A program made the position numbers and the translations under genes. A model generated the notes under the pieces. It searched no databases. It was not told the origin of the DNA and saw nothing but the letters and a program-made list of their open reading frames with translations. Below are positions 39,115-48,679 of a DNA stretch of 64,000 nt, in pieces. The stretch lies in NCBI GenBank assembly GCA_964630155.1, contig CAZVUT010000001.1, forward strand, positions 34,515-98,514. The letters run 5' to 3'. The stretch's first letter is position 1; each line of letters opens with the position of its first letter. The DNA is from an uncultured Synergistaceae bacterium. Its GTDB lineage: Bacteria > Synergistota > Synergistia > Synergistales > Aminobacteriaceae.

Positions 39115-39978
39115 ATGAAGACGATTGTCCAGTCTCTCTGGGATGAATGGGCGTACTCGCCGATCATCTCTTCGGAGGAAGGAAGCGCCGAGGCTGCGGG
39201 AATTCTCTCATCTTTGGAAAAAACGTCAACAGGTTCGGTAAGCACGCGACGTTTGTTCGTCGTTCGCAGGCTTCATTCGATCTGGAAAACGGTCATGGGT
39301 GACGAGGCTTCTTTTGGCCCGTTCCTCGATATCCCCAAAAGGTTTCGAGGCAAGGTGAGCATTCATTTGCCGAATCCCGATGAAAAGGTCTTCAGCGTTT
39401 TCACGGGCACATCTATCGAAGAAAATTCGACGCGATGGATGAAGGGCGCTTTCGGAGGGTGCGGTTCGCTTTTCATCCCGCGTGTTGGGTATTATTTGGT
39501 TTTTCGTTGCATGAGTTTGCCCGTGGCCGACAGAATACGAAACACCCTTCGTGAATGGGGATATTCTTTCAGCGAGAGAGTACGAGGAAGCACCCGTGAG
39601 GTATTATTGCGAGACCAACAAAATATAGTATCTTTTCTAACAAACATACATCTGATCCGATCTTCTTTTGCACTGGAAGATCTGGCGATATTCCGTTCTA
39701 TGCGTGAAAAAGCTAATAAATTGGTTAACTGTGACGCATATAATATAAAAAAATCTATCGAAACAGCTGAAAGGCAAATTAAATATGCTATTTTCATCAA
39801 ACAATCTGGCATATATGCTGCATTGCCTCATTCTTTGAAAGAAATCATTGACCTTCGTCTGACAAACCCGAGCGCCAGTTTGTCCGAACTGGGGGCGCTT
39901 CTTTCACCGTGTGTCAGCAAGAGCACCGTTCTGTACCGGTGGAAAAAATTGCAGGATTTATATACGATGGATGCGTAG
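39115..39978 (+). CDS. whiA: DNA-binding protein WhiA
   Basis: It occupies the third position of the rapZ-yvcK-whiA triad. The central region is a degenerate LAGLIDADG-like domain. The C-terminus carries an HTH (SLSELGALLSPCVSKSTVLYRWKKL). Confidence 0.8.
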   Translation: MKTIVQSLWDEWAYSPIISSEEGSAEAAGILSSLEKTSTGSVSTRRLFVVRRLHSIWKTVMGDEASFGPFLDIPKRFRGKVSIHLPNPDEKVFSVFTGTSIEENSTRWMKGAFGGCGSLFIPRVGYYLVFRCMSLPVADRIRNTLREWGYSFSERVRGSTREVLLRDQQNIVSFLTNIHLIRSSFALEDLAIFRSMREKANKLVNCDAYNIKKSIETAERQIKYAIFIKQSGIYAALPHSLKEIIDLRLTNPSASLSELGALLSPCVSKSTVLYRWKKLQDLYTMDA

Positions 39979-40046
39979 AACTTTCGTTGTTGTGCAACAA
40001 AGCGGACAGAATTTGATAGACACTCTCACGGGGAGGAATGATGGTT

Positions 40047-41231
40047 ATGGCGCTCAGACTCTTTGACGCGAACGCGCTCGAAGGCAAAAAGATTCTGCTC
40101 AGGGTCGATTTCAACGTGCCCATGGAAGGCGGTTTGGTGAGCGACTCAACGAGAATCGCCGCACACATTCCAACAGTTCGGTCTCTCTGCGAGGCAGGTG
40201 CGAAAGTTGCGCTCGTGTCCCATTTCGGACGTCCGAAGGGCGCCCGTTCGGATGAGTATTCGCTTCGTCGGGTTCTTGCGACCGTAGAAAACGTCCTTCA
40301 GAGGACTGTTATCTTTGTCGATGATTGCGTCGGAGATATCGTTTCGGCGACAATGGAAACTCTTCCGAAAGGAGCGGTAGCCCTTCTGGAAAACGTTCGT
40401 TTCCATAAAGAAGAACAGGAAAACGACGAACGCTTCGCATCCAAGCTCGCAGCGCCATTCGACGTATTCATCATGGACGCATTCAGCGCGGCGCATCGCG
40501 CAGACGCATCGACTAATGGCGTAACGAAATTTCTTCCCTCATTCGCCGGTCTCCTTCTTGAACGCGAAGTGTCAATGCTTTCCAAAGTCAGCAACTCCCC
40601 AGAGTCGCCTTTTGTAATTCTTCTTGGTGGCGCCAAAGTATCCGACAAAATAGGCGTCGTCGAACATCTTCTTGAAAAGGCGACGACGATCTGCATCGGC
40701 GGAGGAATGGCGTTCACATTCCTTGCAGCTCAAGGCCACAAAATCGGCCGTTCATTGCTCGAAGAAGATAAAATCCCGTTTGCGGGAGAGATGATGCAAC
40801 GTGCGGAAAAGAGCGGAGTCGGGATTCTCCTTCCGGTTGACGTCCTGCTTGCGAAGAAATTCGATGACGACGCGTTCCGGATTTCGGGCGTATCTGATAT
40901 AGGAGATGATGAGCTGGGACTTGACATAGGCCCTGCGACTGTTCAGATTTTCGGGGACTGCGTTCGCGCCGCAAAGACGGTTTTGTGGAATGGACCTATG
41001 GGGGTATTCGAGAGACAGGCTTATTCGACGGGAACGCGTCATATTGGAGACGCTCTGAAAGAATGTACGGCTCGGGGCGGGACCACGGTCGTCGGTGGAG
41101 GAGACACCGCTTCGGCCGCCAAAATGCTTGGTTTTGCCGAGTGCGTTTCTCATGTTTCCACCGGCGGAGGAGCGAGCCTCGAATTTTTCGAGGGAAAACA
41201 ACTTCCCGGCATTACGCCTCTTCTTCTTTAA
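40047..41231 (+). CDS. pgk: Phosphoglycerate kinase
   Basis: GKKILLRVDFNVP, SHFGRPKG, and a GGGDT..A region (VVGGGDTASAA) are present. The start is ambiguous among ATG 40038, 40041 and 40047. Confidence 0.95.
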   Translation: MALRLFDANALEGKKILLRVDFNVPMEGGLVSDSTRIAAHIPTVRSLCEAGAKVALVSHFGRPKGARSDEYSLRRVLATVENVLQRTVIFVDDCVGDIVSATMETLPKGAVALLENVRFHKEEQENDERFASKLAAPFDVFIMDAFSAAHRADASTNGVTKFLPSFAGLLLEREVSMLSKVSNSPESPFVILLGGAKVSDKIGVVEHLLEKATTICIGGGMAFTFLAAQGHKIGRSLLEEDKIPFAGEMMQRAEKSGVGILLPVDVLLAKKFDDDAFRISGVSDIGDDELGLDIGPATVQIFGDCVRAAKTVLWNGPMGVFERQAYSTGTRHIGDALKECTARGGTTVVGGGDTASAAKMLGFAECVSHVSTGGGASLEFFEGKQLPGITPLLL

Positions 41232-41262
41232 TCCCAAATACTATGAAACGAGGTAGCCGGCG

Positions 41263-42084
41263 ATGAAAGATACCATTTATGTCTTTGGGAACTGGAAAAT
41301 GAATATGACGGAAAAGGAGACGACAGCATTTTTTGAGCGCTTTCTGCCGTCGTTTTCCGTTGCAACCAATCATGTCAAATCTGTTTGCAGCGTCGTCGTC
41401 TTCCCTCCGTACACATCGATTCCCGAAACGAGAAATTGTCTTAAGATCTATTCTAAGCGATTGGAGACACAAAGCGCCGTCGAATACGGCGCGCAGGATG
41501 TTCATTATGCGCAGCACGGCGCGTATACGGGAGAAATTTCGCTTCCTATGTTGCGCGAACTTGGATGTACGTGGGCGCTTCTCGGTCATAGTGAACGTAG
41601 GCACATATTCAATGAAACCGATGAAAGCATTACAAAGAAAGTCGTTGCGTGTCTCGACTCCGGGGTACGCCCGGTATTGTGTTTTGGGGAAACTCTCGAT
41701 CAGCGGGAAGCACAGATTGCGCAGGAAGTTGTTATCAGGCAGATTTCTTCGGTGCTTTCGGCGATAGAAAATAACCCGGAAAGAAATCGCCTTGTGCTTG
41801 CGTACGAGCCGGTATGGGCGATAGGAACGGGACGGGCTGCGACACCGGAGGATGCTCAGGAAATTTGTCGTTTCGCCGCCGGAGTTCTGAAGCAGAATGT
41901 CTTTTTCAGAGAACTGACGATTCCGATCCTGTATGGCGGAAGCGTTTCACCGGCGAATGCAAAAGAGCTGTTGTTTCAAGAAAACATTTCGGGTCTTCTT
42001 GTCGGCGGCGCGTCACTCAAATCGGAGTCATTCGTTGAAATAGTCGAGAGAGCCATCGAAGGCAACGGGCTGATTGCGAAATAA
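41263..42084 (+). CDS. tpiA: Triosephosphate isomerase
   Basis: GNWKMN, LLGHSERR, AYEPVWAIGTG and YGGSV are present. Confidence 0.95.
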   Translation: MKDTIYVFGNWKMNMTEKETTAFFERFLPSFSVATNHVKSVCSVVVFPPYTSIPETRNCLKIYSKRLETQSAVEYGAQDVHYAQHGAYTGEISLPMLRELGCTWALLGHSERRHIFNETDESITKKVVACLDSGVRPVLCFGETLDQREAQIAQEVVIRQISSVLSAIENNPERNRLVLAYEPVWAIGTGRAATPEDAQEICRFAAGVLKQNVFFRELTIPILYGGSVSPANAKELLFQENISGLLVGGASLKSESFVEIVERAIEGNGLIAK

Positions 42085-42121
42085 CGCAACATAAGAAACA
42101 TTATATGACATTTTTCTCCAA

Positions 42122-42166
42122 AAGAAGTTGCGAGCCTCAGGCATCCTTTCAAGCTCGCAACTTCTT
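42122..42166. terminator. Bidirectional intrinsic terminator between convergent tpiA and rsfS
   Basis: A 14-bp perfect stem, AAGAAGTTGCGAGC (42122-42135) with GCTCGCAACTTCTT (42153-42166), and a 17-nt loop. T-rich or A-rich sequence flanks both sides. Confidence 0.7.
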
Positions 42167-42185
42167 CGGATTTTGACCGATCTCT

Positions 42186-42542
42186 TTAATCCTCGTATGC
42201 GTATGTAAATTTAAGGATATCGGAATCTCCCCAAATACTGTCAAGTTTATAAAATGCACGTCCTTTGACACTGAAAATGTGAACAACAACATCTCCGGCG
42301 TCAATCAAACACCATTGGGTACTATCACGTCCCTCAATGGTACAGGAATGCCCGTTTTTTTCGAGAGCTTCCACCGAGACATCACGTAGCGTTCCCATGT
42401 GAACGTCGGAATTGGCCGTAACAAGCACAAAGAAATCCGAAATGGAAGAATTCCCTTTCAGATCCATTCCCACAATATCAAGACCTCTTTTTGATGCAAG
42501 CGCCTCGTAGACGTACGAAAACGACTTCAGTTTCTCTTTCAT
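42186..42542 (-). CDS. rsfS: Ribosome silencing factor RsfS (iojap family)
   Basis: 118 aa containing DFFVLVTANSDVHMGTL...WCLIDAGDVVVHIF...YKLDSIWG. Confidence 0.9.
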   Translation of the reverse strand: MKEKLKSFSYVYEALASKRGLDIVGMDLKGNSSISDFFVLVTANSDVHMGTLRDVSVEALEKNGHSCTIEGRDSTQWCLIDAGDVVVHIFSVKGRAFYKLDSIWGDSDILKFTYAYED

Positions 42543-42594
42543 TGCTTCACGAACACCAACCTTTCAGAATTCCATTGCTTATTCCATTGCTTTT

Positions 42595-43863
42595 TTACTC
42601 GGCCATACGAGCAAGTCGTGCAAGCACGTTTTCAAGGTCGTGTCCGACAATGATTGTGACTGCGTTCGCGGCGCGCTCAGCCGTAACCAGGCGTTTATCG
42701 ATGCCGCAAATCCGTGCGAGCGCCTGTGCGCTTGTGATTGTTGTTACAGAGGCTTTCAGCGGGTATATGATGCTGGTAGTGTGATAATCGAAATGTCGCG
42801 CGTTTCCAGTATACCCGACGTCAATCCCTATTTTTTCAAGAACTTGCGAAAACCGCTTCCCGATGCCCTTTGATCCATCCCCATTCAAAACCGCGACGGA
42901 GCCTTTGATGCTTTTTAGGAGATCTTTCTGTACGGAAGGATCTCCTTGTGCTGATTCATCCTGCGATATTGGCGGACCGATTTCTTTGGCGGAATCCCCC
43001 GAAATAGCGCCGGAAAGAAGCATAGATGCTTCTGCGAGGTCGCCGACCCAGTAGCTCAGATTCCCGATATAGGCGGATTTGCCGGGCATGGTAAAGAAAA
43101 CAATACGATCGGAAGTCAGGTCCTTGAGGTACGATGCGAGTTGGATCGCCTGCGCCACCGGCATGTTCGTATCCACGATGGAAACGAGCTGCCTGGCTAC
43201 TTCGGGCAAACGCGGAAGAATCGACGGTTGTTGTATTTTTTTCAAAACAGCCTTTACGAAATCCTGTTGCCGCTTCACGCGCCCGATATCTCCAAGCGCA
43301 TCATTTCTAAAGCGTACGAACTCCAGCGCCGTCTTGCCGTTCATGTGTTGCGGGCCTTTGGGGATATCAATACGGAGCTTTTGCGCATTATCAACATAAA
43401 AAAGCTTCTTCTCCACGACAATATCCACGCCGCCGACGAGATCTACAATTTGTGGGAAACTTTCGTAATTGACGAGCACATGATAGTTGATCGGAATTCC
43501 AAGATACTTGACGATCGTCTGGCGTAACAGAGCAATTTTCCCAAAAGCGTACGAATGGTTAATTTTCTGCCAGCCGTGTTCCGGTATGTCCACACGCGTA
43601 TCTCTCGGAAGCGACATAAACCTTACAATCTTCTTGTCGATGTCTATGGCCGCGATCCCGATCGAGTCCGCACGATGCCCACCTTGAACATCATCGACTC
43701 CAACTGCGAGGATGTAGATGATTCCGGATGCTTCGTCATAGGAAATATTCTGCTTGATTGTCTCCGGCACAGGTTCCACAAAAGACCACAAACGCATTGC
43801 GACCCCTGCGCCGGCGCCGAGGACACCGAGAAGAATTGAAAGGACGATTGCTTTCCACTTCAT
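42595..43863 (-). CDS. LytR-CpsA-Psr (LCP) family protein with a C-terminal LytR_C-like domain
   Basis: It has an N-terminal TM anchor and the LCP core (ILAVGVDD...RADSIGIAAID...MSLPRDT...INHSYAFG...VRFRNDALGDIGRVKRQQ). The C-terminal VAVLNGDGSKGIG module follows. Confidence 0.85.
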   Translation of the reverse strand: MKWKAIVLSILLGVLGAGAGVAMRLWSFVEPVPETIKQNISYDEASGIIYILAVGVDDVQGGHRADSIGIAAIDIDKKIVRFMSLPRDTRVDIPEHGWQKINHSYAFGKIALLRQTIVKYLGIPINYHVLVNYESFPQIVDLVGGVDIVVEKKLFYVDNAQKLRIDIPKGPQHMNGKTALEFVRFRNDALGDIGRVKRQQDFVKAVLKKIQQPSILPRLPEVARQLVSIVDTNMPVAQAIQLASYLKDLTSDRIVFFTMPGKSAYIGNLSYWVGDLAEASMLLSGAISGDSAKEIGPPISQDESAQGDPSVQKDLLKSIKGSVAVLNGDGSKGIGKRFSQVLEKIGIDVGYTGNARHFDYHTTSIIYPLKASVTTITSAQALARICGIDKRLVTAERAANAVTIIVGHDLENVLARLARMAE

Positions 43864-44498
43864 TCCTGACGTTGCCCCCCGTCTTGCGGATCGTGCGATC
43901 CGCCATACAGGTTGGTCTTGGAAATATACTGTACGACAGGCTCCGGGGTAAGATATCGTATATTTTTCCGTTGCTCCACTCTTTTTCGTATGTCGGTGCT
44001 CGAAATGGATAAGAGCGGAATTTCGAGCGGAACAATCGCCTGCCTGATTTCGGAAGGAAGCAAGTCGATGCCGGATGGAACGTATCCGGGGCGACTGACA
44101 GCAACAATCCTGCAGAACAGGGGAAGAACCGAGTATTCCTTCCAGCTGGCTATGTCAAGAACGGCGTCGAGGCCGGTAATAAAGAAATACTCTTCTTCTC
44201 CCGATGCTCTTTGACGGAATTCTCGGAGCGTGTCAACCGTATGGCTTGAGCCGTCCCTGTCAATTTCAACCCTGGATACGGAGAACCTGGGATTTTCCAG
44301 CACTGCAAGCAGGGTCATCGTAAAGCGGTGTTCCGCGGAAGAGACATTGGACCGTCTCTTGTGCGGCGGGAGTCCGGTGGGAATAAAGACGACCTCGTCG
44401 AGTTGCAGCGAGCAGAGGCTTTCTTCCGCCGCAAGCAGGTGCCCGTAATGAATCGGATCGAATGTGCCTCCCATTATTCCCAACCGTCTTCCTGTCAT
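43860..44498 (-). CDS. nadD: Nicotinate-nucleotide adenylyltransferase NadD
   Basis: GIMGGTFDPIHYGHL and ISSTDIR are present. The gene overlaps the LCP start by 4 nt. Confidence 0.9.
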   Translation of the reverse strand: MTGRRLGIMGGTFDPIHYGHLLAAEESLCSLQLDEVVFIPTGLPPHKRRSNVSSAEHRFTMTLLAVLENPRFSVSRVEIDRDGSSHTVDTLREFRQRASGEEEYFFITGLDAVLDIASWKEYSVLPLFCRIVAVSRPGYVPSGIDLLPSEIRQAIVPLEIPLLSISSTDIRKRVEQRKNIRYLTPEPVVQYISKTNLYGGSHDPQDGGQRQE

Positions 44499-44524
44499 GC
44501 AACAACAGCTCCTCTAACTCTGTG

Positions 44525-45829
44525 TTACTCGGCTTTGTCCGGCTCGAAGTCGAACTCCATGTCTCCAATGAGAATCGAATCCCCGGTTTGGGCGCCGGCT
44601 GCCATTAGAAGCTCTTCAACCTTGTATCGCTTTAAAAGTTTCGCGAATCGCGGGAGCGCGTCTTCCTGTTCAAAGTCGTATCGCTGCACTGCACGTTCCA
44701 GGCTCGGTTGGAGGACGAGGAAAGATCCGTCGGCTTGGGGAACGATCTGAACCCGGTCGAATCTGTCCCGACGAAGCGTCTTCAACGAAAGATCCTGGAC
44801 AGGGGCCAATCGGGTATCGCCTGTCGGGCGCGATGAAGCGCGGCACGTCGTTACGATAGCATCGATGAGAGGCTGGATTCCTTCTCCGGAAAGAGCGCTC
44901 AACGTCACAAAAGGCACAGCCGATTGAGCGAAGAACGATGAAAGAGCGTCAATATTCCTCCGCGCCTCAGGAAGATCGATCTTGTTTCCGACGACCATAT
45001 AGGGGCGTCGCAGTAATTCCGGATTATACATCTCACATTCTTCGCGGATGCTTTTCCAGTGCTCAAGAATTGTTTCCGGTTCTCCGAGTCCGATATCAAG
45101 CACATGAACGATCACACGCGTTCGCTCGACATGCCGGAGAAAGTAATGTCCGAGTCCTTTGTTCTGGTGAGCGCCTTCAATCAGACCCGGCACGTCCGCG
45201 ATAACGATTTTCTCGTCGTCGACGGATAAAATTCCCAAATTCGGGGAAAGGGTCGTAAACGGATATCCGGCTATTTTGGGGTGAGCATTCGATATAGCGG
45301 CCAGAAGGCTCGACTTTCCGGCGTTCGGCATGCCAATGAGGCCAACATCGGCAATGAGCTTGAGTTCCATGAGTATATATCGTTCTTCGCCATCGAGCCC
45401 CTTCTCGGCGAATCTCGGAGCACGTCGAACCGAAGAGGAAAAATGGATATTTCCTCTTCCTCCCCGCCCCCCCCGAGCGACGACAAAACGTTCATCCGGT
45501 TCGAGAAGATCTGCAAGTATTTCCTTGCTTACAGCATCTCGAATAATCGTTCCGCAAGGAACGTCTATGACAAGGTCTTCTCCATCCCTGCCATGCATGC
45601 ACTTGCCTTTCCCGGGCTCCGCGCTTTCTGCGCGGAATGTCTTTTCGTACTCGAAATCCGCCAGGGTATGGATTCCCGAGACTGCACGCAAAATTACGCT
45701 TCCCCCGATGCCGCCGTCACCGCCGTCAGGGCCGCCCTTTGGTATGTATTTCTCCCTGCGGAAGCTGAGACATCCATTTCCTCCTCTTCCTCCGCGAACG
45801 AGAATACGTACGAGATCAATGAACTTCAT
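44525..45829 (-). CDS. obg: GTPase Obg/CgtA
   Basis: It has the Obg fold (GGRGGNGCLSFRREKYIPKGGPDGGDGG) and the G domain (GMPNAGKSSLL, DVPGLIEGA, NKID). A C-terminal OCT/TGS-like extension follows. Confidence 0.95.
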   Translation of the reverse strand: MKFIDLVRILVRGGRGGNGCLSFRREKYIPKGGPDGGDGGIGGSVILRAVSGIHTLADFEYEKTFRAESAEPGKGKCMHGRDGEDLVIDVPCGTIIRDAVSKEILADLLEPDERFVVARGGRGGRGNIHFSSSVRRAPRFAEKGLDGEERYILMELKLIADVGLIGMPNAGKSSLLAAISNAHPKIAGYPFTTLSPNLGILSVDDEKIVIADVPGLIEGAHQNKGLGHYFLRHVERTRVIVHVLDIGLGEPETILEHWKSIREECEMYNPELLRRPYMVVGNKIDLPEARRNIDALSSFFAQSAVPFVTLSALSGEGIQPLIDAIVTTCRASSRPTGDTRLAPVQDLSLKTLRRDRFDRVQIVPQADGSFLVLQPSLERAVQRYDFEQEDALPRFAKLLKRYKVEELLMAAGAQTGDSILIGDMEFDFEPDKAE

Positions 45830-45831
45830 GG

Positions 45832-45866
45832 GATAAAAAAGAGGGCCTTGCAGATAGAAGGCCCTT
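45832..45866 (-). terminator. Intrinsic terminator or attenuator between rpmA and obg
   Basis: The minus strand reads GGGCCTT-CTATCTGC-AAGGCCC followed by TCTTTTTTAT (7-bp stem, 8-nt loop, U-tract). Confidence 0.6.
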
Positions 45867-45896
45867 CAGAAGTGTCATTCTGATGTTTTCGCCAGT

Positions 45897-46184
45897 CTAT
45901 TCGGGAAGAAGAACGGATACGAACTTTTTCTCTCCGCTTGAATGATATCGGATCACGCCATCTTTCAGCGCAAAAAGCGTATCGTCCTTTCCTCTGCCTA
46001 CGTTTGTTCCCGGGTGAATCTTCGTTCCGCGCTGCCGCACAAGAATATTCCCGGCTCGCGCCTCCTGGCCGGCGTACATCTTTATTCCAAGCCGTTGCGC
46101 AGCGCTGTCGCGACCGTTGGTGCTACTTCCCTGCCCCTTCTTATGAGCGAAAAACTGAAGATTGAACGTACCAAGGAGATTCAT
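45897..46184 (-). CDS. rpmA: 50S ribosomal protein L27 with an N-terminal pro-peptide
   Basis: The N-terminus [27 protein letters not shown] has the NLQFFA motif preceding the mature HKKG...GRDS core. This is the Prp cleavage-site pattern. Confidence 0.95.
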   Translation of the reverse strand: MNLLGTFNLQFFAHKKGQGSSTNGRDSAAQRLGIKMYAGQEARAGNILVRQRGTKIHPGTNVGRGKDDTLFALKDGVIRYHSSGEKKFVSVLLPE

Positions 46185-46504
46185 GACCGCACCTCCACTA
46201 TGTGCACATATTTCGAGTATTGTGCTTCAAACTCCCGCAAAACCGCCAAAGCCGCTTCAACGAGCAAAGCAGCTTGATTTTGAACGGATGCGGGAATGGA
46301 AACTCTCATAAACGCTTTTGTCTCGTCGACCTCAAGAAAATCCGCGTCATCCAGAATGCGTGAAATGCCGACAGTCAACATGCGGAAAACGGTAGAAACG
46401 CCCGCACAGACTATATCATTCCCAGCATCGGCGAAATCGGTATGACCGCAGGCGGAAATGCCATCAACGACCCCGTTTCTGGAAAAGACCCGGACTTCGG
46501 TCAT
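46181..46504 (-). CDS. prp: Ribosomal-processing cysteine protease Prp
   Basis: 107 aa lying between rplU and rpmA. It carries [18 protein letters not shown], which holds the catalytic His and Cys. Confidence 0.85.
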   Translation of the reverse strand: MTEVRVFSRNGVVDGISACGHTDFADAGNDIVCAGVSTVFRMLTVGISRILDDADFLEVDETKAFMRVSIPASVQNQAALLVEAALAVLREFEAQYSKYVHIVEVRS

Positions 46505-46507
46505 GCA

Positions 46508-46822
46508 TCAGGAAACCGAAATCTCTCGAATCTTGATGTCTGTATAATTTTGACGGTGTCCCTGCTTTTTTCTGACGTTCTTTTTGCTCTTGAATTTGAA
46601 TACTATAATTTTCTCCCCACGTCCGTGGCCGACGACTTCAGCCGAAACGACCGCCCCTTGTACATAAGGATTTCCGGTCGTAATCAGCGTATCGTTCGAA
46701 ACCAGAAGAACCTTTTCCAGAAAAACTTCTTTCCCCGGTTCTTCGTGAATACTCTCGACGCGGACGATTTCACCCGGTTGCACCCGATATTGTTTCCCGC
46801 CCGTTTCCACTATTGCGTACAT
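46508..46822 (-). CDS. rplU: 50S ribosomal protein L21
   Basis: MYAIVETGGKQYRV...GEKIIVFKFKSKKNVRKKQGHRQ. Confidence 0.95.
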   Translation of the reverse strand: MYAIVETGGKQYRVQPGEIVRVESIHEEPGKEVFLEKVLLVSNDTLITTGNPYVQGAVVSAEVVGHGRGEKIIVFKFKSKKNVRKKQGHRQNYTDIKIREISVS

Positions 46823-46919
46823 TCCTTGTCCTCCCTTCGCCGGAGAAGGCGCCGTTGAGGCTTAAGCCTGCTCCATGCGGCGTACCCCAAATATATGGGG
46901 AAATGACAGAATCCGAAAT

Positions 46920-46948
46920 ATTTTAGTCATTCCCCGCATATAAGTCAA
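46920..46948 (-). promoter_or_regulatory. Sigma70-type promoter of the rplU-prp-rpmA operon
   Basis: The minus strand reads TTGACT (46948-46943), a 17-nt spacer, then TAAAAT (46925-46920). It lies about 95 nt upstream of the rplU ATG. Confidence 0.55.
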
Positions 46949-46975
46949 TATCACTGTCGCCGGACAACGATATTG
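46946..46975 (-). other. 13-bp hairpin immediately after the recN stop (no U-tract)
   Basis: The minus strand reads CAATATCGTTGTC-CGGC-GACAGTGATATTG, with two G:U pairs. It starts 1 nt after the recN stop and overlaps the rplU -35 element. Confidence 0.35.
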
Positions 46976-48673
46976 TCATGCGTCGCTGCATGAGGTGTTT
47001 TGGTTGATCATGTCGGAATTTTGATGCGGATCAGGGTTTTCGCCCAGGAGAATTCTTCTCGCATGTTCCTGCGCTTCGCGCATATACGGATCACCGGAGA
47101 GCATTCGGGCTATTTCCCGAATGCGTTCGTCTCCTCGTACCTCCCGTATGATTGTTTCAGAGCCGATTCGTTCCACCAGGAAGTGCTGGTCTGCAAGCGC
47201 GGCGAGTGTCGCTTCGTGCGTGATGAGAACGATACGACACGATCTGGATAAATCGCGGAGCTTGAGCCCGGTCAGCAATGCCGCTTGTCCTCCGAGGCCA
47301 GCTTCGACTTCATCGAAGACAAGTGTGTCAGGGAGGAGTGTCTCGGGCATTACGAACTGAACGGCAAGCAAGAGACGGCTGAGCTCTCCACCTGAAGCGA
47401 CTTTCTGAACCGGAAGGAATCTTTCTCCGTCGGGAGAGAACATAAAAGAAACCATATCGGCTCCCGTGCTGCGGATACGTTCCTGCGGCTCGACATCGAT
47501 GCGAAAAATCGTTCCCGGCATGGCCAAGTCCTGCAATGTCGCGGAGATCTTCCGTCCAATTTCGTCCGCCTTGCGCCGTCGTTCTTCCCGGAGCGCGAGG
47601 GCAGCCTTGCTCGTTCGTTTTTTCAAATCGCGTATTTCGTCGGTCAGTACATTCGTTTCCTGCACGGAAGAGGAGAGCCATGAAAGTTCACTCTTTGCCG
47701 TACGGGCATATTCCAGAAGAGATTCAGCCGTGTTCAAATTGAGTTGCCGCATGATCTTACGAAGTACGCCGAGATGACGCTCGTGTTCTTCCAGTGCGGC
47801 TTCCGCGATCTCGAGCTCCCGTGAACCGAACTCCCTCTCTGCGTAACGGACGGCCGTTCGTATGAAGAGTATTCCTTCGTCGAAGGCTTCGCCGAATTCG
47901 CGGACTTTGTCCTCTGGGAAAACTGAGCGAAGGGAGTTGACGGTTTTTTCGAGTTCATCGATGAGCCCTGGTTCGCTCTTCCCTCCGGCAAGCCGCAAAA
48001 TCGACTCCGATGCTTGCCGCATGTTACGGACTTTTTCCTGCAGCTCCCTTCGAATCGCTTCCCATTCCGTCTCACAGCCCGGTGAGAGATTCAAGGAGCA
48101 AAGCACCGGGAGGATTTTCTCGGCATCCTCATATGTCTTCTCTATTTCTGTCCGTCTTTTCTGAATGCCCCGTATTTTTCTCTCAAGAGCCACTGCCTTC
48201 GTCCAGAGAGAAATGAGATCATTCTTGAGGATCTGAAGAACCGGTCCTCCCGACGCATCAAGGATCGCCATCTGGTCGTCAGGATTAAGGAGTTGCATCT
48301 GAGCGAACTGACTCTGGATGCGGACGTGTGATTTCATGAGCTGTTCCAGCGTGGAGAGAGTCGCAGGACGGTCCTGGATGTACGTCCTGTTTTTTCCTGA
48401 AGCGCTTATGATTCTCCGGACAAGGACGGGCTCTTCAAGAGCGGCGTCAGGCTTCTCGGGAATGGGCTCAAAGGCGAGGCTGACCTCTCCCTGTTCCTTC
48501 CCTGCATGCAGGATGCTGTTGGCGGAACGAATTCCGGTCAGGAGTTCAAGCGCGCGAACAACACTGCTTTTCCCTGCCCCGCTCTCTCCGGTAATGGCGA
48601 TAAATCGTCCGCTCAAAGAAACTTCGGCCTTTGTAATGCCGCCGATGTTTCGGATGCTCAGCTCGTAGGGCAT
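46976..48673 (-). CDS. recN: DNA repair protein RecN
   Basis: 565 aa of the SMC-like family, with the Walker A motif ITGESGAGKS, a long coiled coil, the signature ASGGELSR and the Walker B motif LVFDEVEAG. Confidence 0.95.
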   Translation of the reverse strand: MPYELSIRNIGGITKAEVSLSGRFIAITGESGAGKSSVVRALELLTGIRSANSILHAGKEQGEVSLAFEPIPEKPDAALEEPVLVRRIISASGKNRTYIQDRPATLSTLEQLMKSHVRIQSQFAQMQLLNPDDQMAILDASGGPVLQILKNDLISLWTKAVALERKIRGIQKRRTEIEKTYEDAEKILPVLCSLNLSPGCETEWEAIRRELQEKVRNMRQASESILRLAGGKSEPGLIDELEKTVNSLRSVFPEDKVREFGEAFDEGILFIRTAVRYAEREFGSRELEIAEAALEEHERHLGVLRKIMRQLNLNTAESLLEYARTAKSELSWLSSSVQETNVLTDEIRDLKKRTSKAALALREERRRKADEIGRKISATLQDLAMPGTIFRIDVEPQERIRSTGADMVSFMFSPDGERFLPVQKVASGGELSRLLLAVQFVMPETLLPDTLVFDEVEAGLGGQAALLTGLKLRDLSRSCRIVLITHEATLAALADQHFLVERIGSETIIREVRGDERIREIARMLSGDPYMREAQEHARRILLGENPDPHQNSDMINQNTSCSDA

Positions 48674-48679
48674 CCCGGC

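Noticed and set aside
46946-46975. The hairpin after recN as a canonical intrinsic terminator
   Set aside because: The stem is good (13 bp with two G:U pairs) but no U-tract follows it (CTTATATGC). It is listed only as a hairpin of uncertain role.
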